Assembly: GCA_951406725.2 (NCBI GenBank) | Contig: OX597826.1 | Location: 2,294,001 to 2,358,000 of the forward strand | Source of the DNA: Octopus vulgaris | Lineage: Eukaryota | Length of the DNA stretch: 64,000 bases | Direction: 5' to 3' | In this document: positions 54,502 to 64,000 of the stretch, in pieces | How the letters are laid out: the number at the start of each line of letters is the position of its first letter | How positions within the stretch are numbered: position 1 is the first letter of the stretch | Translations under genes and position numbers: made by a program | Notes under the pieces: generated by a model | Database searches by the model: none | Told to the model about the DNA's origin: nothing | Seen by the model: only the letters and a program-made list of their open reading frames with translations

Positions 54502-55216
54502 CAGTAGTTTTATTTTTATAGCGTGCTTTCACTTCAATACCGAGCACAGCTCTGTGTGCCTTGGGTATGTGCTGTGATTTGTTGTGATGCTCTGATGGTT
54601 ATTGTATGGAAAGTGTTCTGCGTAGGATGTGTGCAGTGCCTAGTAGTGCAATTTTCTGTATGTTATATGTGTTTGTAAGTCCTGGTGTTTTTGTTATGTA
54701 TTTGTCTGAATATTTTTTTATCATGCCTAATGCACCTACTATGATAGGAATTGTTTCTGTTTTCAGATTCCACATTCTAGTTACCTCTATTTCCAGGTCT
54801 TTGTATTTTGAGAGTTTCTCCATTTCTTTTAGAGACACGTTGTCATCTGCCGGTATTGATACATCAATTAGAAAGCATTTTTTTTCTTCATGATCTCTGA
54901 CAACTATATCTGGTCTGTTGGCCTTAATTTCTCTATCTGTGTGTATCGGCATATCCCAGAGTATGGTTGCTTCCTCGTTTTCTGTGACCTTTTCTGGTGT
55001 GTGCCTATACCATCTTTTTTCTGTTGTTATTCCATAATGTTGGCATAGCTTCCAATGTATGTAGGTTCCAACTCTGTCATGTCTGTGAATATATTCCTTC
55101 TTAGCCAGGACTGGGCAGCTAGAGATAATATGATTTATTGTTTCTTGTCCATCTCCACATATTCTGCAGTTACTTGTAATATTTCTTTTCATTACATGTT
55201 TTTGGTAATTTCTGGT
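54502..55216 (-). mobile_element. 5'-truncated Dong/R4 element, near-identical to 11249-12426, in (TTA)n
   Basis: ORF 54599-55192 differs from the 11643 ORF at only three residues over the shared span; same 3'UTR. Confidence 0.92.
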
Positions 55217-55243
55217 AATTTATTTTGGTAATTTATTTTGGTA

Positions 55244-55304
<61 letters not shown>

Positions 55305-55315
55305 GTTGTTGTTGT

Positions 55316-55349
<34 letters not shown>

Positions 55350-55607
55350 GTTACTATTATAATTATAGGATACTCTCAGATCATTGCGTTTTGAGTTCAA
55401 TTCCCGCGAAGAACAAATCTGCGTTTCATTCTTTCGATATCCGTAAGATAAAGGTACCAGTCAAATACTTGGGGCCAATGTAAACGACTTCCCCATCCTC
55501 TCAAAAGTTACTGGTCCTGTGCCATAATTTTAAAAAAATGTTTTAGAAATACGATGGAAACACAATCGTACAATACCGATCACATTGATGACACTGATGA
55601 GGCTGCA

Positions 55608-55707
55608 NNNNNNNNNNNNNNNNNNNNNNNNNNNNNNNNNNNNNNNNNNNNNNNNNNNNNNNNNNNNNNNNNNNNNNNNNNNNNNNNNNNNNNNNNNNNN
55701 NNNNNNN
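55608..55707. other. Assembly gap (100 N)
   Basis: Run of exactly 100 N. Confidence 0.99.
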
Positions 55708-56435
55708 CTGCAAATCACAATGATAATGCTTCTCCTGGCTACTGACTATGATTTTTGATGTTGATAAGACAGTTGACCTATTTCGTTTATGGAAGCACGA
55801 TTATGTCAATACTGCCATTTACGTTAATACCAGTATTTCATGTATTGTTTTTGTATTAATTTTTGTCCTGTCTACGTCTGAAGTTTGATTAGAGTTCAGA
55901 GCAAAGATTACTGAATATATTAGTGGAGTGACAGTCTTTTATTTTTTTTGAGTTTGATTTTTTTGTTTTTCAGAGAAAAAATACTGAAGTTCTCTGAGAC
56001 TTTAAAATAGCTTATATCTCAAGTGAGTTATTGTACAGACTCCCCCACCACCACACACACACACATGCAGACGCCTCTCCGCAAAGATAGCACCCCACCC
56101 ACTTATTTACGATATGTCAAGTATATCATGCTAATTCGATTTTCCTCTGAGCGTTTCTCTTCGTATTACTGTTTCTTAACTCTTTTGCTTTTGTCGTCGT
56201 CAGTTGTGAAATACCACGGCATTATATACATGCTACAGCTCTGAAGATACACACACACATACACACGCAGACGAGCGTGAAAACACACACACATACACAC
56301 ACACACACACACACACATATATATTATATATATATATTGTGTGTATATACATCGGCATTTACATATATATATATATATATATACGTATGTATATGTATGT
56401 ATAAATTATATGTATACGTATTTATAGATTATATG

Positions 56436-56497
<62 letters not shown>

Positions 56498-56766
56498 TGT
56501 GTTTGTGTGTGGGAGGGTATGTGTTCGTGTGTCTGTATATAAACAAAGGAACGTTGATGACTTCATATATATTAATCAGCTACGATCGTTTCCATGTTGA
56601 GTAGGATTCACATATCAGATGTTCTTCCTGTTGGCTGATACAAGCATCAAAACAAAAAAGGAAATGCAAAAACGATCTAAAAGGAAATTTCCCAACAGCC
56701 AAATCTATAAATACTCACCACATACTTGTATATGTGTAAGTTTGCGTGTGTGTATGTTTGTATATG

Positions 56767-56803
<37 letters not shown>

Positions 56804-56845
56804 TTATGTGTATATATGTGTGTGTATGTGTATATATATATATAT

Positions 56846-56865
56846 CTTGCGTCTGCGTGTCTCTG

Positions 56866-56913
<48 letters not shown>

Positions 56914-56933
56914 CAGAGACACGCAGACGCAAG
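56846..56933. repeat. Perfect 88-bp palindrome: 25-bp arms around (AT)19
   Basis: CTTGCGTCTGCGTGTCTCTGTAACT / AGTTACAGAGACACGCAGACGCAAG. Confidence 0.92.
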
Positions 56934-57242
56934 GTGTACTGCTACAAACTTTGCCTCTCGCATATGTATACGTAATCTCTGATTGTTATATAAAATAGTG
57001 TCTTAAGGTTATGGTGTAGCATTGTATGCGCCTGCGTGTTTAAATAATTGTTAGTGATGTGTAAATTTTAATACAAATATTTCGGACTGGGTTTGCGTAA
57101 ACGAAATGCTATCGGAAAAAAAAAGATTTATTTTCTTCTGTAATTCTATACTCTATATGCAATTATTTTGAAAAATCCTGAAAATAATCATGGTGAATAG
57201 AAAATAATTCCAAAGCAATTGCTATACTGGAGCGTAGCAACT

Positions 57243-57292
<50 letters not shown>

Positions 57293-58182
57293 GAAATATA
57301 ACCAAACAAAACATGTTTTATCGAAATTTTAGTATAGTGTGTGAAGGATACCATTGTGGCTTGTAAATATACATATTCTTATACGCAAGTAGTAAGAAAT
57401 TGGCATATTCACTAGCTTTGTATGTTTATTTCGGTTCTCAATATTACATAGACCACAAATATATTGGAGTGTGTAAGAATTATTGCTCTATTTAAAAATC
57501 ATCATTTAATATGATAGATTTAGTTATTCAAAAAAAATCCTAGATAAATGTCATTATACTTACGTTGAACCATTTTTTATAATATTCTCCATATGTAACT
57601 ATGCGGATAATATCTAATTGTCAATTTATATTTATTAATCCGATATAATCTCTGTCCGTCTGATTAACATTAAATATGACAGTTATTGGCTAGATAAGAG
57701 ATTTCTGTAGACACGTTTCATATGGATACAAGTTTCATATGGATATAAATTTCATAAACTGCGCTTGAATTCGTGGGTGTTAGTCATATTTATTTTCCAG
57801 TGATTTAAGTTATATTTATTAATCGGTATTGGCTGATAGTATGTTAACGCAATTTATTGGTGTCATTTAAATCATTCTCATTGAATTTACTTTCAAGATT
57901 TTCCTATATTTATGGTCACGAGAAAGAACGATCTTACAAGATAAAACAATCTTTTCCAATCAACTTACTTACATTGAAGGATGCGGTGGCTCAACCGTGT
58001 GCGTTTTTTAAGCATGTTTTGTTAACGGGCTGTGTATGCTTGTATGGCGTAATTCTGCTTTTTTTCTGTAAATCGCTACTTTTCAATATACATTATCAAT
58101 TGAGACAGTGATATATTTCTGAGCTGCTGCTCACAAAGAATGAGGGAAGACGGCTAAGAATGCGAGGAGGAGGGTTAAAATT

Positions 58183-58260
<78 letters not shown>

Positions 58261-58850
58261 CATATGCATATATACACACATACATGTACATGCCTACATA
58301 GATATGTATATATACATGCATATATGGGTACAGGACGTAAAAGATAAAATGAACAAAATGAGAAACGGGAACGTAAAAAACAAAAGCATGGAAAACCAAC
58401 TTTCTTTCGAACAACGAAAGAAACAAATACAGAAACGAGACGTGCAACATAAAGAATATTCCCTTCATCAGTTGTTCCCTGTTTTATCTACTCCGCGTGA
58501 CGAAGGTTAGGACAGGACGCGACTTCGTTAAAACAGCCCTTCTCGCAAAGAAAATTAAATAAAATTTGGGATTTTTGCGGAGGGTTAAAGTCGTAGCAAA
58601 AGCAGGGCAGTAAGCACAAAACAATAACACAAACGGTGAGAGGTATTAAGCCACAACGAAGTGAAATAGTGAACGCTGTAAAAACGAGATTTAAGGTTAA
58701 TTGAAATCTCTCACACACTAGAAAAAAGCTTCTTCGCAAAAAAAGGTTAGTAAAAGATTTCATAACATTATTTTGGAAAAACCACCTTCACACTTCAAAC
58801 CGCTATTAAGTAATTCCTATGGACTTTGAAATATATATTATATATATATC

Positions 58851-58950
58851 CGTAGCCAGCGGGGTGGCGTCATTTGAAGAATAAAACAATGCGAGGCGCA
58901 TTGTGACCAGCGATGTGTAGCAACATCTGATAGCCTGGGCGGTCACGATG
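58851..58950 (+). mobile_element. Family C SINE 3' end between TA repeats
   Basis: GCATTGTGACCAGCGATGTGTAGCAACATCTGAT...GGTCAC matches 6740-6800. Confidence 0.75.
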
Positions 58951-59102
58951 ATATATATACATATATATTTATATATATATGTAATATATACTACTAATAT
59001 AGGACGAAGATTTTTATAGAAAAAATTTCATCAAAAAGTGGCAGCATATTAAAATACATTTAAAGGTTAAAATTTATAAACAACTTATAAACATGGGCAA
59101 AG

Positions 59103-59174
<72 letters not shown>

Positions 59175-60059
59175 GCATACACTTTTGAAGTATATTTCAT
59201 ATTTTGTCGTTTTAATTTCTCGTTATCTTTTCTGTTTTGGATGTTGTTTCAATTATGTGGTACCTTGTATATATTTTCCTGAGTTTATCTGCTTGTTGGC
59301 ATCGGGTATTTCTGGATCCTAATGCGCCGACATCTCTATAGATTCCGCTGCTAACAGATTGAAAAGTGTTGTGGATTAAGTCGGAAACGTACGAGCAAAT
59401 TAGATTTGACATTCTTACTGAGTCACTGGTTCGACGCTTATCTAGAATAATTCTGTATTCTGTTATTTGAATCAAATGCGATTTTAAAAGAGCAGAATGC
59501 ATATTGTAGCGCGCATTATTATTTCCATGTTGTTATCTATGATGACAAAACCAAAAAAAAACAACAACAAAGAGAAATGGTTTAGCTGAATCTAATGTTT
59601 CAAAAATAGAATCAGATTTATAGGAAAGAAATCGCACTAATTCGTTGTGGCTCTCTTTTGGTTTATTATGAACGCTTTGAAAACAATTTGCTACTTCTGC
59701 GCGGTTGTTGCAAGATATTAAACAGAAACCTTTCTGAATTTTATCGTTAATTTAGTTTTTTTTAAAAATACTGCTACTAATTCCTCATAGCTCTGTTTTC
59801 ATCGCTCTTATGGCATTTGTTCTCGAATATTTATTGCGATTGTTTTGGGTCTATTATGATGATACAAGATTAGTGTAGGGGCAGAATCTCTGCTCTTTCA
59901 GTGTGAAATCGTTATGTATTATTATACTCAAAAGTTTGTTGCCTGATAAGTTATACGTAGTGGCCTTTTGTAATTATGTGGTACTTATTAGTTACATACA
60001 TACATATATACATACGCACGTACACACACACACACACACACACATACACATATATATAT

Positions 60060-60690
60060 GTGAGAAATTTACGACCAAAAGCCTTACCATACATCTCCAC
60101 ACACAACCCTCTCAACACTAAAGCCTTCGACACCATCCTCCAAAACACCCCTGCTACAAAAAGACCACAGAATGAACTTAATCCTCCAAACACACACGAT
60201 CATAAAAAGCAAGAGACAGCCCAAATCCATGAAAAGTCTCCTAACACAAGCCCGAATACGTTCATCAACACAGAAGCCGACAGTAAAAAATGTGGAAGAC
60301 CCAATTGCAGGATATGCGATTATCTAATTGAGGGATCAGAGTTCTCCTTCAAACAGGGACAACGGTTCACAGTGAAAAGCAATTTCACATGTGCTTCGGA
60401 GAACCTGATGTACGCACTAACCTGCTCTGGGTGTCAAGAGCAACACATTGGTCAAACAAAAAATAGTTTACGTAAAAGAATGGCCCCGCACATATCCCAG
60501 ATAAAAATTCCCCAAAACAGAAAAATAGCATTCAGCCAACACATATATATTTGCGCGCCAACAACAAAACTCCAAGCTTCAGGATTTTCCCCCTCTACCA
60601 ATTCAGGGACGATACAACCTCGAGCCAACGAATAAATAAAGAAACTCTCTTTATTACAAAATACATGCCCCTTCTGAACGCTTCTACGAC
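60060..60690 (+). mobile_element. Penelope-like element 3' ORF relic: Cys-rich linker plus GIY-YIG endonuclease
   Basis: KCGRPNCRICDY, TCASENLMYALTCSGCQEQHIGQTKNSLRKRMAPH; after a frameshift FRIFPLYQ...RINKETLFITKYMPLLN. Confidence 0.85.
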
Positions 60691-60848
60691 AAACGATATA
60701 TCCACCTCAGCTTTAGAATAACACAAATACACACGGAAATATTACGTTCCTAAAAATCCATTAAAATCAGCCCCAATCACAGCTATAATCCACAACGTGC
60801 CAAATTCAAGTCATCCAACATCCCACTACTTCCACGCATTCATATTCT

Positions 60849-60931
60849 CCTTCTTCTTCTTCTTCTTCTTCTTCTTCTTCTTCTTCTTCTTCTTCTTCTT
60901 CTTCTTCTTCTTCTTCTTCTTCTTCTTCTTC

Positions 60932-60963
<32 letters not shown>

Positions 60964-61771
60964 CTTCTTCTTCTTCTTCTTCTTCTTCTTTTTCTTTTTA
61001 ACTTTACCACTAATACTTTTTAGTATAACGCCTACGCAAATTCTATAAACAAACTTTTCAATAGAAATATTTTCATGAATTGAACAGCAGGAACTGCTGG
61101 CCACCACTGACCAACGACATTCAAGGCAATCCCAAATTCCTCCTCTCCTTCTCCCCTTCTTCTTCTTCTTCTTCTTCTTCTTCTTCTTCTTCTTCTTCTT
61201 CTTCTTCTTCTTCTTCTTCTTCTTCTTCTTCTTCCTTTTCTTTTTAACTTTACCACTAATACTTTTTAGTATAACGCCTACGCAAATTCTATAAACAAAC
61301 TTTTCAATAGAAATATTTTCATGAATTGAACAGCAGGAACTGCTGGCCACCACTGACCAACGACATTCAAGGCAATCCCAAATTCCTCCTCTCCTTCTCC
61401 CCCTTCTTCTTCTTCTTCTTCTTCTTCTTCTTCTTCTTCTTCTTCTTCTTCTTCTTCTTCTTCTTCTTCTTCTTCTTCTTCTTCTTCTTCTTCTTCTTCG
61501 TCTTCCTTTTCTTTTAACTTTACCACTAATACTTTTTAGTATAACGCCTACGCAAATTCTATAAACAAACTTTTCAATAGAAATATTTTCATGAATTGAA
61601 CAGCAGGAACTGCTGGCCACCACTGACCAACGACATTCAAGGCAATCCCAAATTCCTCCTCTCCTTCTCCCCCTTCTTCTTCTTCTTCTTCTTCTTCTTC
61701 TTCTTCTTCTTCATCTTCTTCTTCTTCTTCTTCTTCTTCTTCTTCTTCTTCTTCTTCTTCTTCTTCTTCTT
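60849..61771. repeat. Three identical ~160-bp units separated by (TTC)n tracts
   Basis: Unit TTTTAACTTTACCACTAATAC...CCTCTCCTTCTCCCC at ~60996, ~61243 and ~61513. Confidence 0.92.
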
Positions 61772-61933
61772 CCCTACCAAGAATTCACATGGACCTTGAA
61801 CCCACAAGAGAAAACAAGAGAGACAGAGAAAGGCAGAAACAAGGAAAATGCCACTTATATTTGAACACTATACAAATATTCTTTTAAAAAAACTTTTCTT
61901 TTAATTTTTCTAAATTTAATTATTTAGTCGTTA

Positions 61934-61970
61934 CAGTTGAAAAGGTCCCAAATGAACGAAACCGGTACTG
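61934..61970 (+). ncRNA. Degenerate minimal hammerhead-like motif downstream of the Penelope ORF
   Basis: CAG-TTGAAAA-GGTC.CCAAAT.GAAC-GAAA-CCGG-TA-CTG; two core substitutions. Confidence 0.45.
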
Positions 61971-62009
61971 AAATGTTCTTTATAAAAATATATTAGCATT
62001 TTCTATTTA

Positions 62010-62075
<66 letters not shown>

Positions 62076-62384
62076 TGTATGTATGTATGTATGTACGTAT
62101 GTATAATGTACTGTTCCGTAATCAACAAAAATAAAACGAGTTTCATCTGGCTGGAGATAAATATTATTCATTTAAAGGACACAATGCATGTCTTTAAGTG
62201 CTACTAATAGTTACATATGTTGAAAAATCTCTATAACATATTCTTCATGCACAAATCATTTACACACACATACACACACACATATACCCACACATGTAAA
62301 TATTGTAGTTACGTGTTAAATCCGAAAACGCAAGGAGGTGTATTAGTTTCGTAGAAGCTATTTGTCACAAACATTACGAATATT

Positions 62385-62585
62385 GATTTCAAACTTTGGT
62401 ACAAGGCCAGCAATTACCGAAGAGGGATTAAATTGATTGCATTGATCCTAGTGCTAAACTAGTATTTATTGTAACGACACCGAAAGGATAAATGGCAAAG
62501 TCGACCTCGGCGGATTTTGAACTCAGGACCTTATGACAGGTCATTTTGCCCGGTATGCTACAGATTCTATCCAAAGATTCACCGT
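62385..62585 (-). mobile_element. Degenerate family A SINE
   Basis: CCGAAAGGATAAATGGCAAAGTCGACCTCGGCGGATTTTGAACTCAG. Confidence 0.8.
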
Positions 62586-63373
62586 TAATACAATCAGTCA
62601 AATGGTTACTATCTCATCTTTCCAGATTTACTTCGTCTCTGAGATCAGTATTCAATATGCTACTCTCTTTTAGTTAAAATCGGTACGAATATAATTTGAG
62701 AAAATATTTGCTGTTATTTTCAGCAATTCGAGTATTCCTATTAGTGTCAGCGATGGCTTTTTGTCTACATTACCTCAGTGGATTCTGAGCTGCGATAGAA
62801 ACACTGACGAAGCAGAAATTAATTCAACACCCTCAGCGCACCCGCCATTACAACACACACAACATAAATAGACTCGTAAAACCGAAATGAAATAATACAA
62901 TAATTCAAAATATTGTTTGTCCAATATATTGATTACTCTCTTACAGTGTTCAATAGATTTGTACTTGTAAATTTCTTGTCTATACATCAATTTTAAGCCA
63001 TAACACCTCGCCTAGCTGCAAACGGGTTGTATTTCTTTAACGTCATTTCGAGATTAACGTCACAATATTCTACCTATTGCAGTGAATTACGCAACTCACA
63101 ATCTACTGTTTTGAATTAATCTCTGTCAGATGTTTGACGGATGTATAGTCGTGGGGACAGTTTTATTCATCACTGCTAGCTTACGAAATAAACTTCAATT
63201 ATCTAAAGCATCTTAATGTTGTTGGAGAGAGAATATAATTAATTAAGTATAGGTGTGTGCTGAAAAAAGAAAACCTTAGACCAATGACTAATGTTAGACA
63301 ATATTAGAATATATGTTACGTTTATATATTTGTTGTGCAAGATTTTTTATGTGAAATCGTGTGTTGAAACAAA

Positions 63374-63526
63374 TATTGTTGTATTTCGGAATGGTCATTT
63401 TGCCAGTTTAGCCAATAAATTTTAATGTAAAAAATAAATAACACTGAAGCAAAGTAACACAAAATATATAGTGCGTGTGTTTTATTGGCTAAACTGGCAA
63501 AATGACCATTCCGAAATACAACAATA
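63374..63526. repeat. Perfect 46-bp inverted repeat with 61-bp spacer
   Basis: 63374-63419 is the reverse complement of 63481-63526. Confidence 0.92.
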
Positions 63527-63865
63527 AGAATATATGTTATATTCTAATATAACATATTTTATAATATTGGCAAAGAAGGGCGACGTGTTAGGACGTGTTT
63601 GTTTATTATTCAGCCTCATCAGCGAATAAAGGTTTCTCCGTACTGCGAAGAGAAAAGTATTGCGATGATACACACACTAGAAGATATGAATATGATTATA
63701 ATGACTGAAGAAAATATGCTAAGGACGCTTCAGTATAGAATATAAAGAATAAATTTAGCGCAAAATGTTAATAGATTAATGAATGAACATCATCTTTGCG
63801 ATTCATTGCTCCTGATACACAATTTTCTAGAAACTAACTTTAGGAGTGATTTAACTGACGTTTTT

Positions 63866-63999
63866 GGAGGCACAGTAGCCCAGTGGTTAGGGCAGCCGCC
63901 TCGCAGTTGTAGGATCGCGGTTTCGATTCACAGACCGAGCGTTGTGAGTGTTTATTGAGAGAAAACACCTAAAGCCCCACGATACTCTGGCAGAGGGGG
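63866..63999 (+). mobile_element. Family C SINE 5' end (tRNA-derived head), runs off the window
   Basis: GTAGCCCAGTGGTTAGG A-box and GGTTTCGATTC B-box, then GTTTATTGAGAGAAAACACC as at ~6610. Confidence 0.8.
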
Positions 64000-64000
64000 A

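Noticed and set aside
58450-58515. Minus-strand CTGATGA-AGG as a permuted hammerhead
   Set aside because: The GAAA core is missing in this copy and the stems cannot be assigned.
60931-61623. 230-aa ORF with a thrice-repeated Cys-containing peptide, superficially like a multi-peptide precursor with basic spacers
   Set aside because: It arises from the DNA triplication and (GAA)n tracts antisense to a Penelope UTR; no signal peptide or other gene evidence.
60849-61771. CRISPR-like repeat-spacer pattern
   Set aside because: The units are 160 bp and identical, the spacers are microsatellite, the context is eukaryotic and there are no cas genes.
63866-63940. tRNA gene
   Set aside because: It has A/B boxes but no clean cloverleaf and continues into SINE body sequence.

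Overview
This is a very AT-rich, microsatellite-saturated eukaryotic window. The SINE families and repeat landscape look like an octopus (coleoid cephalopod) genome, which is an inference from family resemblance. I find no host protein-coding exon that I can support; almost all ORFs in the track are microsatellite artefacts. The window is a patchwork of transposable elements. It holds R4/Dong-type RLE non-LTR retrotransposons sitting in (TAA)n arrays, including two near-identical young copies, plus degenerate CR1-like and Tx1-like LINEs, three mariner relics and several Penelope-like (GIY-YIG) relics. At least three tRNA-derived SINE families are present, and there is one 100-N gap. The most interesting signals are: (1) one SINE family forms head-to-tail multimers using two stereotyped junctions that recur at independent loci; (2) several distinct minimal hammerhead-ribozyme-like motifs with variant cores, two of them in long inverted repeats; (3) a non-coding element bounded by TAA arrays that may be a Dong passenger; and (4) a 65-nt hairpin built from an iterated ~30-bp motif. 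Coordinates of degenerate relics are approximate, and family names come from motif recognition, not database searches.
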